The notes under the pieces: generated by a model | Told to the model about the DNA's origin: nothing | Database searches by the model: none | Seen by the model: only the letters and a program-made list of their open reading frames with translations | Shown: in pieces, positions 12,512 through 22,437 of the stretch | Layout of the letters: every line of letters starts with the position of its first letter | Position numbering within the stretch: the first letter of the stretch is position 1 | Made by a program: the position numbers and the translations under genes | Assembly: GCA_019057815.1 (NCBI GenBank) | Contig: JAHLWR010000002.1 | Span: 160,001 to 224,000 of the forward strand | Length of the DNA stretch: 64,000 bases | Reading direction: 5' to 3' | DNA from: Candidatus Heimdallarchaeota archaeon | GTDB lineage: Archaea; Asgardarchaeota; Heimdallarchaeia; Heimdallarchaeales; Heimdallarchaeaceae

Positions 12512-13438
12512 TTAAAAATTTTCTATAGTTTGTATAGCTATTATCTCTCTTTCTTGTTCCTTTATCAGGTGCTTTTCCCAAGTTTCTGAGTCCAAAATCA
12601 TTTGAAGCATCTGTTCAAATTGCTTTCTATTCTCAAAAATCTCGAATGCTCCTTCGATCCCATCACTATCAAAACTTAACCAATCATTGCAAACTTCAGC
12701 AACAAATTCTGCAAATCTTTGATAAGCTTTCTTTTGGTCTTTGTTCTGGGTAATAACAATAGCAAAAGCTTTTTGGATTACTTTGAAATAAATGGTTAGC
12801 TTTTCTCCCTCTATTTTTTTTAATTTTCCTATCCCAATAAGTTGCCCTAAATCTAATATTGCGGATACGAAAGAAGAAAAAAGTACTGCATCATATGGTA
12901 ACAAAAGTGTAGTCATCATATATACTGGTTGGCCTGAACTGGTAGCTATAAGTAAGTCAACGTCACTAATCAATAGAGCATCACTGTCTTCATCTTTGCT
13001 TTCTACAGCAATTTCTGTTTCCAATTTAACACGTTTGTTTATAATTAAATTTAGATGCCTAGCGAATCTAGAGATATATTTTTGTTCTTTTAAAAGGAAT
13101 GATTCTTCTGCTAACAGGCTATTAATCTCATCTTTGTTTACTAAAGGATGGAAATTGTTTTTGAACTCATTCTTCACTCTTTTTACAATTGATTGTTTTG
13201 TATATTGATTTTTTACAATTGCCAAAATATAATCGTTCTTCGTTTCACAAATAATCTCGAAATCTTCAAACTCAATATTTTTTGGTGATGTTTCACCTAA
13301 TTCTGTGATAATAGTAGTGATAGCGGTTAAATAGCTTACAATTCCTACCTGTAAATCATCCTTTCCCCATTCATCGTTGTAAATGCGATAATATCGACAG
13401 GAACCACTCTTCTTCAATATCAAAATAGCTTTTACCAA
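12512..13438 (-). CDS. Tandem longin-like domain protein
   Basis: Two units of the pattern ILIxxxSG...FxSAI...IE...(ILILKKSG...YLTAI and LLIATSSG...FVSAI). Confidence 0.65.
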   Translation of the reverse strand: MVKAILILKKSGSCRYYRIYNDEWGKDDLQVGIVSYLTAITTIITELGETSPKNIEFEDFEIICETKNDYILAIVKNQYTKQSIVKRVKNEFKNNFHPLVNKDEINSLLAEESFLLKEQKYISRFARHLNLIINKRVKLETEIAVESKDEDSDALLISDVDLLIATSSGQPVYMMTTLLLPYDAVLFSSFVSAILDLGQLIGIGKLKKIEGEKLTIYFKVIQKAFAIVITQNKDQKKAYQRFAEFVAEVCNDWLSFDSDGIEGAFEIFENRKQFEQMLQMILDSETWEKHLIKEQEREIIAIQTIENF

Positions 13439-13522
13439 TTAACGGCCACATCACTAATTATCTTTGTTTTGTTTCTTATACAAAAAAATAACTCTTAAAA
13501 GCTTCCTTCGTGACGTTAATTA

Positions 13523-14590
13523 ATGAAAGATGTTGCTTGTGGAATCCGTATTCCTTACTCTCATGCTGAAATCTTGCGTAAAAAACTAATTTCTCTTGGA
13601 GTGATTGACCATTCTTTAGCATTCATAAGAGAGGAGGAGAATTTGATTATTCCAATTGTTCTTACTAAGAAAGAAGCTGAAAAGCTACTATCAAGTTCTT
13701 ATGAAAAAGTCAATCTTGAAATTGGAGAGTTTACTTTTTTAAGAATTCAAAAATCACCCAACAGTTTACAAGAAGCTTTAGAAGACATAATTCCAGAGGA
13801 TCTCCAAATGTTCGTTCCAAAATCTTTTGATGTGATTGGAGACATAGTTGTTATTGATATTCCACCAGAGATAACAGCATACAAGAAAATAATTGGAGTG
13901 GAGTTATTATCAATTGTTTCTTCTGTAAAAACCATATATAGAAAAGCATCTCCAGTTTCAGGTCAAAAAAGAATAAGAGAATTAGATTTCTTAACAGGAG
14001 AAAAAAAGTGTAGTACTCTCCACACAGAACATGGAATCAAATTATATGTTGATATTTGTGATGCTTATTTTAGTCCTCGTCTAGGAAATGAGCACCATCG
14101 TGTTGCTTTAAGTTGTAAAAATCGGGAGATAATCACAGATTTATTTACAGGTGTTGGAGCTTTCCCCCTTCACATTGCAAAAGAACATGATGTAACAATC
14201 TATGCTATCGATATTAACAAAAGAGCAATTGAATGTTTGGAAGAATCCATAAAAATCAATAAACTCAAAGGAAAAATTATTCCAATAAATAATGATTGTA
14301 GGGAAATTATAAACGAAATACCTAAAGCAAACCGAATTATAATGAATCTTCCTAGCCATTCACATAATTTTCTTGATGTTATGTGCAACATAATTCAACC
14401 AGAAGGAATCCTTTACTTCTACCATTTTGTTGATGAAGAAAATGCTGAAAAGGAAATTCAACAAATACTTGAAGATGGTTTAAATAGAAACGCGTGGAAA
14501 ATAAGTAAAATTGTGAATTTTCACAAAATAAGAGAAAGCGCTCCTCGAGAAATTCATGTTTGTTTAGAAGTTAAGGTTTCTCCTCTATAG
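13523..14590 (+). CDS. trm5: tRNA (guanine37-N1) methyltransferase, Trm5/Taw2 family
   Basis: FDVIGDIVV, YFSPRL, DLFTGVGAF, IIMNLP. Confidence 0.9.
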   Translation: MKDVACGIRIPYSHAEILRKKLISLGVIDHSLAFIREEENLIIPIVLTKKEAEKLLSSSYEKVNLEIGEFTFLRIQKSPNSLQEALEDIIPEDLQMFVPKSFDVIGDIVVIDIPPEITAYKKIIGVELLSIVSSVKTIYRKASPVSGQKRIRELDFLTGEKKCSTLHTEHGIKLYVDICDAYFSPRLGNEHHRVALSCKNREIITDLFTGVGAFPLHIAKEHDVTIYAIDINKRAIECLEESIKINKLKGKIIPINNDCREIINEIPKANRIIMNLPSHSHNFLDVMCNIIQPEGILYFYHFVDEENAEKEIQQILEDGLNRNAWKISKIVNFHKIRESAPREIHVCLEVKVSPL

Positions 14591-15003
14591 ATTTTTATTG
14601 TAACTTTCATTTCCATTTCAGGGTTTTTCATTTCATCAATCATTTTTCTTGAAAGCTGACTTGCAGACTTATTTGCGTTTATCATCAATGTTCTAGGGCA
14701 TACAAAATTGCTTTTCCTTACTATTATTGCTCTTTTATCGGATAATAAAAGGTTAGGATGACCTTTTCCTATTATTTTTTCACAAAACTTATCCACCTCA
14801 ATTAGGAGAACAATATCAGTATTTAAGCTCTTAATAGAATTTTTGATAATTTCAGGTAGAACACTTAGAGAACTACTAGCGTTTATTCCTATTATACAAT
14901 TTCCTTTTAATGATAAATCTGTATCTGTAGTAATTTCAATAGTTGTTTTATGCGTTCCTAGTATTTTTTCATGGCCTTTACAAAAGAAAGAAAAAGATTT
15001 CAT
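14554..15003 (-). CDS. DUF371 domain protein
   Basis: GHEKILGTHKTTIEITTD...GNCIIGI...RKSNF..RTL..ANK pattern. Confidence 0.85.
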   Translation of the reverse strand: MKSFSFFCKGHEKILGTHKTTIEITTDTDLSLKGNCIIGINASSSLSVLPEIIKNSIKSLNTDIVLLIEVDKFCEKIIGKGHPNLLLSDKRAIIVRKSNFVCPRTLMINANKSASQLSRKMIDEMKNPEMEMKVTIKIYRGETLTSKQT

Positions 15004-15126
15004 AGTTCTTCTTTTGACATTCTCTTTTATTTTTGTTTTGCTCTCGAAAGGAAAAGTTTTTTCAAACTATTCCAACAAAATATTAAAAAACAAACTGCAG
15101 ATAATTTCCTTGACAGGTAGACATCA

Positions 15127-16344
15127 ATGACTCAAAAGTTGCTATTAAGCGAAGCATTAGACTGGTTTAGTAAACAGATATCTTCCACTCTGGCAAGTTA
15201 CAGAAATAATGCTCATAAAAATATAAGAACAATCCATAATAAAATTGAAGATTTAATAACTGCAGCCCACAGGTTTGACTACTCAGATATTAAAGACCCT
15301 GATGTGTACCAAAATTATGCTACAACTATTTTTAATAAAACAATTGAAATATTTGAAAAAATAGTACCACCAGAAGTAGTAACTTACAAAAAGATTGAAG
15401 AATACAATAATATTTGTAAAAATCAAATTGCTACATATATGAATCTCCTCTCCAAATACCTTTCATGGTTAAAAAGAGACCGCTCTTACAAAGACAAAGT
15501 AAAGAATCTTGATCGAGTTCTAGGGAGATTAAAAGAAGAAGTCCACAAGTTTGAAAATAAGACAATGGTACATTATTCTGAAATCATAAAATATGAAAAA
15601 GTTATTGATGACATCGAAGAATTACAAATTAATGTTCAAAGTAGAACTGAGTTGAATGAAGAAATTGATTCACACTCTGAAGATATCAAGAGATTGACAG
15701 AAATAGTTGAAGAAAAGAATGGTGTACTAAAAGAACTTAAAGATCATCCTGGTTTTGTGCAATTTGAACAGAATAAGCACGAATTAGAAAAAATCGAAAT
15801 TATTCTTTCAAACAAAGTATCAGAAATTAAGAAACTCTCAAATAAAGTGATTAAAGCAGTAGAATCAAAGAAAATAGAAATCGATAACTATGACAAAGAA
15901 ACACTAAAAAATTTGATAAAAGACCCTTTGGGAGTTTTAATAAGAGAATCAGATGGATATAGAGGTTTAAAGGCTATATTGAACACGCTTAAAGAAAGCA
16001 GCACTCTTCCAGCTATTCAAATGAAGAAAGATAAACTTGAGAGAGCTTATGAAAACATAGACGAAATATTAAACGATGAGTTGCTAGAACACCAAAAAAG
16101 AGCAAAATTCCTGATACAACAAAATGATGCAATAGACTATAAATTCAAAGAAATGGAAATAGATGTCAAAATAAAAAGATATGAAAAGGAAATTGACAAT
16201 CTTAAAATTGATATAGACAGAATCACCCTACCTCTTCGAAGAGAATTAGAAAATGTAGAGAAAAAAATTACGACAGCAAAAGAAACTATTGAAACAAGAG
16301 TTCTTAATTTTACGAAACAGTCAGTTTCTCTAATATTTGATTAA
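15127..16344 (+). CDS. Uncharacterised coiled-coil protein
   Basis: 405-aa ORF, K/E-rich heptads, AGGT SD. Confidence 0.75.
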   Translation: MTQKLLLSEALDWFSKQISSTLASYRNNAHKNIRTIHNKIEDLITAAHRFDYSDIKDPDVYQNYATTIFNKTIEIFEKIVPPEVVTYKKIEEYNNICKNQIATYMNLLSKYLSWLKRDRSYKDKVKNLDRVLGRLKEEVHKFENKTMVHYSEIIKYEKVIDDIEELQINVQSRTELNEEIDSHSEDIKRLTEIVEEKNGVLKELKDHPGFVQFEQNKHELEKIEIILSNKVSEIKKLSNKVIKAVESKKIEIDNYDKETLKNLIKDPLGVLIRESDGYRGLKAILNTLKESSTLPAIQMKKDKLERAYENIDEILNDELLEHQKRAKFLIQQNDAIDYKFKEMEIDVKIKRYEKEIDNLKIDIDRITLPLRRELENVEKKITTAKETIETRVLNFTKQSVSLIFD

Positions 16345-16429
16345 TTTAGCCCTATCTAAGTAAGGTTACTAGTGTTGTGGTCATTTAAAGATAAGCTAAT
16401 TCAATATCTTCTGATAAAGGGGGAAGGCA

Positions 16430-17350
16430 TTAAAGCAAACCTTTCTCAACAAGTAAACGAAACTCGCTCATTGAGAGATTTTCTCCTTCCTCATACTTCG
16501 AAAAAGCCTTTTGAACATTCTCCTCGAGACTACTTTGTATTTGATCTTTCCTTTCTTTTCTAATCTGCTTTTGGATGCTTTTCATCTTTTGTCTTAAATC
16601 ATGCCTGAGTCGTACTTTGGAAAGGAAATCTCTGTGAAAATGGTCAGCTTTCTTTTTAGTCACTAAAAATTTATTATGCCAGTCATTAGCATCTTTTCGG
16701 AGCTTATTTACTTGTTGAAAAGATTGTGATCCTAAATTATGATAGATTTGAGATTCTTTTGCATCATTAATTATTCGTTGGTTTAAACTATGAAGCTTCT
16801 TCTGTGAAGAATTTATAACCTGCCATAGTAGAGTTCCTTTTGTAGATAGATTAACCTTTTTAGCAATTCCATTAAATTGTTCAGATAAACTCTCTAACTG
16901 TTGAATTATCTCTTTCTCTTTATTTATTGATAAAATTTGAGTTTGAAGGTTCCATTCAAGCTTTTTAATTTGATCATTCAACCTATGCATCTGTTTTCTG
17001 TTTTTTCTGAGTTCACCTTCACCCATCTTTTCATCTGATTCAGAAAGTAATGAAAGTTCTATTCTACTCTCTTTAAGAGTTTCTTGATCTTTTTTTCTTG
17101 TATCTTTCAACTCTTTTACTTGAATATTAGTCTCATCTCTTTTAGAAATGTAATCCTTTGCTATTTTCAAATGATTACTAATCTCTTGGTTAATTTCGTT
17201 TCGTTTTGTTAAGGCTTCTTTTGTTAGAGTATTATTGTCATCTCTTTCTTTTTTGAGAATCTGGATTTCTTCTTGAAGTTTACTCAACGCAACAGCTATC
17301 TCCTCTATATTATTTTGCTCAACTGTTGGTTCATCTATCATATTACACAA
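16430..17350 (-). CDS. Archaeal coiled-coil protein (COG1340-like), paralog of 42088-43002
   Basis: Long heptads, LEWNLQT and C-terminal YEEGENLSMSEFRLL motif. Confidence 0.75.
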   Translation of the reverse strand: MCNMIDEPTVEQNNIEEIAVALSKLQEEIQILKKERDDNNTLTKEALTKRNEINQEISNHLKIAKDYISKRDETNIQVKELKDTRKKDQETLKESRIELSLLSESDEKMGEGELRKNRKQMHRLNDQIKKLEWNLQTQILSINKEKEIIQQLESLSEQFNGIAKKVNLSTKGTLLWQVINSSQKKLHSLNQRIINDAKESQIYHNLGSQSFQQVNKLRKDANDWHNKFLVTKKKADHFHRDFLSKVRLRHDLRQKMKSIQKQIRKERKDQIQSSLEENVQKAFSKYEEGENLSMSEFRLLVEKGLL

Positions 17351-17492
17351 AAGAGGAAGAATAAGTAGTTTTTAAAGACTTTTCGTAATGTGAGTGTTGA
17401 GAAAAAAATGTAAAAAAAAGGCTATAGATAATAGTAAGTAATACAAGAGAAAGAAATACTTGAAAATATAATATCAATTTGTTTTTATGTAC

Positions 17493-18733
17493 CAGTACTT
17501 GAACATGAACTTCTCTTACCACTTCACCTCCTCTAGAGCGAAGAGCGTGCGACAGTAAAACAAATAACTGTGGTGATAAACCTGATGTTGCTCCAAAGGA
17601 CAGGGAGCAAAACGGTTACAGTTCCACACTGCAAGGGGAATAAGGGTGAGGAGGAGGTAATGGAGTAAGGTATGCAAGATTAGTGCACTCCACAGGAGCT
17701 GGAAACGCACACAAGCGTTATGAGAACATGTTCGGAGGAGGAGAGGACGCATATCGCGGAAAGCATTCTCTATACGGAAGCGACGTTTATACCACTGAAC
17801 GATCCTGTAAGCACTGTAATGTGCGAGAGAAGTAACCCAAGGGTTGGCACCATCTCGACTATAATAGACCACTCCACGTGTTGTAATATGGCGACGACCA
17901 AGGGATTTTCCCGACAGGATACGATGATGGAAAGTATACCCATCTCCCTCCTTGCCTTGTTGTTCTAATGCCAAACAGCTTTTCTTTAGTCCTCCTGCAT
18001 AATAACCTCTAATAATATAGTCCCACCCATAAGTGTGTAAAGTGTTGAGTAGACCAATATGGTAATATTTACCATCACCAAGGAAAACTATCTTTTGTCC
18101 AGTTAGAAACCATTGTTGGAGTTCTTGAACAAGAAGGATAGCTGTCTTTGCTTCTGACTCTTTCATGGGACTCAACGCCACCAACAGTGGTCTTCCAGGA
18201 TGGACAATATAGAGTGTTATAACTCTCGTAAACGTTGTTGTTGACTGCTTTCTTCTCCCCCCACAGATCCAATCCATTTTTTTACCATAATAAGGTTCGT
18301 CATGGGCATCGACAGCTAAGAAAATGGTTTTCTTCCTGTACCTTCTTTGGATGCAGTAGAATTTCTTACTTAAGAACACATTCACTTCTTGTCGTATAGC
18401 TTCTGGCTCTCCCCTTTTTAACCTTCTAATCATCGTTTGACTCGTTGGGGTCTGCATGTATGTCTTTCTTCTTACCCCTTCGTCCTCTAATGAATTCCCA
18501 GGACTAATCATTGCTTGTATAAGGAATTTTTTAATCTCCTCTGAAGTATATTTGTCTTTCTGTTTTTCCTCACTTGCTATTGGCAGTTGTCGAACGATGT
18601 GCTCACTCAAAAGTTTATAAAAGCTTTTACCATATTTTCTATAGAGGTGTGGGTTTGTTTTTGTCATAATTACAAGCCATATACACCTCTATTTTCTCTT
18701 TGTATTACCGACAAAAAAGGTGTTCAAGTACTG
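17493..18733 (-). mobile_element. Insertion sequence, ISH3/IS4-like, 1241 bp
   Basis: 13-bp perfect TIR CAGTACTTGAACA (17493-17505, 18721-18733); GTAC duplicated at 17489-17492 and 18734-18737; visibly higher GC than flanks. Confidence 0.9.
17516..18667 (-). CDS. DDE transposase (ISH3/IS4 superfamily)
   Basis: LAVDAHDEPYYG, LGDGKYY, YKRRFRIENAFR (YREK-type) motifs. Confidence 0.9.
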   Translation of the reverse strand: MTKTNPHLYRKYGKSFYKLLSEHIVRQLPIASEEKQKDKYTSEEIKKFLIQAMISPGNSLEDEGVRRKTYMQTPTSQTMIRRLKRGEPEAIRQEVNVFLSKKFYCIQRRYRKKTIFLAVDAHDEPYYGKKMDWICGGRRKQSTTTFTRVITLYIVHPGRPLLVALSPMKESEAKTAILLVQELQQWFLTGQKIVFLGDGKYYHIGLLNTLHTYGWDYIIRGYYAGGLKKSCLALEQQGKEGDGYTFHHRILSGKSLGRRHITTRGVVYYSRDGANPWVTSLAHYSAYRIVQWYKRRFRIENAFRDMRPLLLRTCSHNACVRFQLLWSALILHTLLHYLLLTLIPLAVWNCNRFAPCPLEQHQVYHHSYLFYCRTLFALEEVKW

Positions 18734-18761
18734 GTACAAAAAATGTGCATTACAATTAGTA

Positions 18762-19151
18762 TTATGACAATAAACGTTCAACTTCTTGTGAAGCACGTGC
18801 CATATCTAAAAAGACTAAACCAAGTTTTGCTTCTTTTCTCGCTGACACAGTAAGTACAGCATTTGCTCCTGCAGAGATAGTAATAATGTAACCATAAGCT
18901 CCTTCTATGAAAATCTTTTCTAGTTCTCCTCGTTGCATTTCTTGAGCTACTCTTTCACCAAGTGACAACATTGCTGCAGTCATAGCTGCAAGACGAGCTT
19001 CTTCAATCTCTTGAGGGAGTACAGAAGCAATGGGGAGGCCTTCAATTGATACAATTGCAGCGCTGTCTATCTCTGGAACTTTTATTTTTAAATCCGCTAG
19101 AGCAGTTTTTAATTCTGTTGTTTTGTCTTCGAATGTTATACCAAAAGCCAT
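18762..19151 (-). CDS. Roadblock/LC7 (MglB-like) protein
   Basis: SAAIVSIEGLPIAS, AAMTAAMLSLGERV, AKLGLVFLDM. Confidence 0.92.
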   Translation of the reverse strand: MAFGITFEDKTTELKTALADLKIKVPEIDSAAIVSIEGLPIASVLPQEIEEARLAAMTAAMLSLGERVAQEMQRGELEKIFIEGAYGYIITISAGANAVLTVSARKEAKLGLVFLDMARASQEVERLLS

Positions 19152-19443
19152 TTTGCACTACCCATTATTATATTGGTCAGAGAGGATTTATAAATTCCGC
19201 TATTTCGTAAGTATTTTCTCTTTCACATTATTAAACCTATTCAGACGGGCAAGAGGAATTCTTTACATAGGTTCTTTTTTCTCTTTATCCTTTACGATAT
19301 GTAATAGAGTTTTCACATTATAAACATAATAACATACATTTAATCTCTATTAGATCAAAAGCAAAATCTAACTTTAGATTTGTTAACCCCGCAATAATTT
19401 ATGTAATGACATGCGTGTTGATTTAAGACGAATGTATAAATAG

Positions 19444-19932
19444 ATGTATACATCTACCTTCTTGAAGTCGATGTCTCAACGGGTCCTAAAAATTTTAAGA
19501 CGACATGAAAAAAGTATAGGATGCGTTTTTACGGGAGATTTAATGACTTCTATAAATCCTTTGAAGATTGAACAACTATTAGATCAGATTCAGCAAATTG
19601 GAAGCATAAGGAAGAATATCATTATTTTTAATCAACAATTATCTTCTGAAACTCATGTCATGTTTATAAGTAAAGGTATATCCCCAATTATTGTTCCTTC
19701 CAATAGTGACATCCATCTTACTTTAGAGGTTTTAGATATATTGAATTCTCAGCAAATGGATGTTATATGTATAGGAATAACTGATGATTCTTTACTTCCT
19801 GTAGTAATTGCAGCTCGAGAGAAAGTTGAGGTAGTATTAGTATGTCCTTCAAAAGAAGAAGCCAAAAATTACACGCCATATATCGATTACCTAATAACTA
19901 TTAAGGATTTATCAGATAATAATAATAAATGA
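19444..19932 (+). CDS. NYN/LabA (PIN-like) domain protein, degenerate
   Basis: DIHLTLEVLD...DVICIGITDDSLLPVV resembles NYN family; acidic motifs altered. Confidence 0.55.
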   Translation: MYTSTFLKSMSQRVLKILRRHEKSIGCVFTGDLMTSINPLKIEQLLDQIQQIGSIRKNIIIFNQQLSSETHVMFISKGISPIIVPSNSDIHLTLEVLDILNSQQMDVICIGITDDSLLPVVIAAREKVEVVLVCPSKEEAKNYTPYIDYLITIKDLSDNNNK

Positions 19933-20042
19933 GGACACAAAAAATACCCTTCCAAAAAAAACAATCTTCCAATTGCTTAAAAATAGCAAAGAAAATATTG
20001 ATTAAGAATTGCCAGAACAGCCTAGTTACAAAATACTAGTAA

Positions 20043-20831
20043 TTGACAATGGTGACTTCAATGCACTGGTTAATCCCGAAATTTATCTATAAGATTTATG
20101 AAAAGAAATTAAGATCAGAAATAAAAGAAGGCAATGTTCCAAAACATATAGGTATTATATTAGACGGCAACCGTCGAGCAAGCAGAAAGTTAGGTATAGT
20201 TTACGAATTAGGTTATGAGTTGGGAGCTGAGAAGCTTGAAGCAGTTCTAGATTGGATATGGGATCTTGGTGTGAAAGTTGTTTCATGCTGGATTTTTTCT
20301 ACAGACAATTTTTCCAGAGATAAAAAGCAAGTTGACATAATTATGAATCTTGCAAAAAATAAACTGATTCAAATTAGAGAAGACCCTCGAATTCACAAGA
20401 ACAAGGTGAGCATTAAAGTTTTAGGAAGACTTTCAATGTTGCCAAAAGAGATTCAAGAAGAGATAAAATTAACAGAAAGAGCCACAAAAGAGTATACTAA
20501 TTACAGATTAAATATATGCATGGCTTACGGAGGGAGAGCGGAAATAGTGGATGCTCTGAAAAGAATCATTTATGAATCAAAAGAGGGAAATCTTAGTGAT
20601 GAAGAAATAAATGAGGAGTTAATAACCAAATATCTTTACACAAATGGATTACCCGATCCTGAATTAATTATTCGAACTTCCGGCGAAGAAAGATTATCTG
20701 GTTTTCTGCTTTGGCAATCAGCATATTCTGAATATTATTTTGCTGAGGTTAACTGGCCTTTGTTTAGAAAAATAGACCTTTGGAGAGCCATAAGAACGTA
20801 TCAAAGAAGACAAAGGCGATTTGGTGCGTAG
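20043..20831 (+). CDS. uppS: cis-prenyltransferase (polyprenyl diphosphate synthase)
   Basis: HIGIILDGNRR, FSTDNF, RTSGEERLSGFLLWQ, RRFG end. Confidence 0.96.
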   Translation: MTMVTSMHWLIPKFIYKIYEKKLRSEIKEGNVPKHIGIILDGNRRASRKLGIVYELGYELGAEKLEAVLDWIWDLGVKVVSCWIFSTDNFSRDKKQVDIIMNLAKNKLIQIREDPRIHKNKVSIKVLGRLSMLPKEIQEEIKLTERATKEYTNYRLNICMAYGGRAEIVDALKRIIYESKEGNLSDEEINEELITKYLYTNGLPDPELIIRTSGEERLSGFLLWQSAYSEYYFAEVNWPLFRKIDLWRAIRTYQRRQRRFGA

Positions 20832-20843
20832 TTTTGAATTTGT

Positions 20844-21632
20844 TCATTCATAAAAATCATCTTTTTCTCCAAATTCTCTTTCAATTGTACCAACAAGGGT
20901 ATCAATATTAAATCCACTTTGAGAACTGATAGGGAACAAATCACCTGTTACTTTAAACTGATTTAACAAATCAACAATACTTAGACTAAGCTGTTGAGTG
21001 AGAGAAATATTTTGGGTTTGCCTTATGTCAGCAATAAGAGTTGAAGGTTCTTCAATCCACCTTTCAAGTCTCTCCAATTGTTGTTTTTCGATAAGGTCTT
21101 CCTTTGAAATTGCTACTATTTGTGGAAGTGAAAGTTGGAAAGCAATAGAAACACTAAGAAGTAATAGACTTGAGAATCCTTCAGGACGCATTATAAGTGA
21201 AGGATCGATTAGGAATACAGACACAGATTGACTTTCTTCGGCTATAATAGAAGAAACTAGACGACCACTACTTCGATATGCAAAAAGTTCTATCTGCCCT
21301 GGAGTATCAATAAGTAAGTATTCTGGTTTTAGATAGTCGATTTCAGATTTAACCTTGTCAATTTTTGTTGCAATAAGATCCATACTGGCTATCATAGCCC
21401 CATTTGGTCCAAGTTGATATTTTTCAATTAATTCATCAATATCGATGATATCTCTTACATCGATATCTGGATTATACGGTAATCTACGTACTCCTGCATC
21501 TAAGTTTAGAGTCGCAACATCTAGACGTTTATCATCGAACCAGTCATATAAAGTTCTAGTGAGAAATGTTTTACCACTTCCTGCTGTTCCAAGCATAAAA
21601 ATTGTATAATATCTTTGAGCCATTTTTCTCAT
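20844..21632 (-). CDS. GPN-loop GTPase
   Basis: GTAGSGKT, LGPNG, DTPGQIELF. Confidence 0.93.
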   Translation of the reverse strand: MRKMAQRYYTIFMLGTAGSGKTFLTRTLYDWFDDKRLDVATLNLDAGVRRLPYNPDIDVRDIIDIDELIEKYQLGPNGAMIASMDLIATKIDKVKSEIDYLKPEYLLIDTPGQIELFAYRSSGRLVSSIIAEESQSVSVFLIDPSLIMRPEGFSSLLLLSVSIAFQLSLPQIVAISKEDLIEKQQLERLERWIEEPSTLIADIRQTQNISLTQQLSLSIVDLLNQFKVTGDLFPISSQSGFNIDTLVGTIEREFGEKDDFYE

Positions 21633-22420
21633 TCTCGAATATTTTCAATTTCAACTGATTCTATATTACTCACAAACAGTTGTTCTAGCATTTTTCTGGC
21701 TTTATGTATATGCTTTTTAGCTTCATCTCCAAAGCCTGATAAGTGAAATACTATTCCTTTTGATTCTTTATGTACTGGATGAGATTTTATATACAAGAAA
21801 GGAAATTTTCCTTTTATTTGGTTGATAAAAGGAGCAAGTTGACTTTCAAAACAGTTTAGAACACGAAACTTTACCTCGTATAGTTTGTCATACCCTTTTG
21901 AAGACAAGAAAGGGATTATGTGTCTAGTAAATATATCTTTCATTTCGCTTGGAACACCAGGCAAGCAAAAGATATCGATATTTTCATATTGGATTAGACA
22001 TCCAGGTGCGCCTCCAACCTTGTTATCAAGAACTTTTGAGTTTATAGGCATATTAGCCATCTTTCTTCTCTCCTTAGTCAACTCTAAACCTTTTGCTTTA
22101 TAATATTCCCTGACTTGTTCTAAAGCTTCTTGATTTTCATCAATTTCAATATTGGTAGCTTTCGATATTACAGCAAGTTGTATGTCATCATAAGTGGGTC
22201 CTAAACCACCAGAAACTATAACAACATTGGGCTTTCTTTCAAATAATTCAAGAAATAATTCCACTGCTAATTCTAAATCATCTCTAATACATGTAATTCT
22301 TCTTACTTCAAACCCCATTTTAGTTAATTGGTTTCCAATAAATGTTGCATTTGTGTTAACAGTAGCACCAATTAATAGTTCAGTGCCTAAACAGACTATT
22401 TCACAAATTTGGGGAGGCAG
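21629..22420 (-). CDS. cinA: CinA/MoCF-domain protein; N-terminus extends upstream of listed ATG to a probable CTG start
   Basis: In-frame extension EIVCLGTELLIGATVNTNA; SGGLGPTYDD, GGAPG, LPGVPSEM. Confidence 0.88.
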   Translation of the reverse strand: MPPQICEIVCLGTELLIGATVNTNATFIGNQLTKMGFEVRRITCIRDDLELAVELFLELFERKPNVVIVSGGLGPTYDDIQLAVISKATNIEIDENQEALEQVREYYKAKGLELTKERRKMANMPINSKVLDNKVGGAPGCLIQYENIDIFCLPGVPSEMKDIFTRHIIPFLSSKGYDKLYEVKFRVLNCFESQLAPFINQIKGKFPFLYIKSHPVHKESKGIVFHLSGFGDEAKKHIHKARKMLEQLFVSNIESVEIENIRE

Positions 22421-22437
22421 AATATTTCACCTATAAA

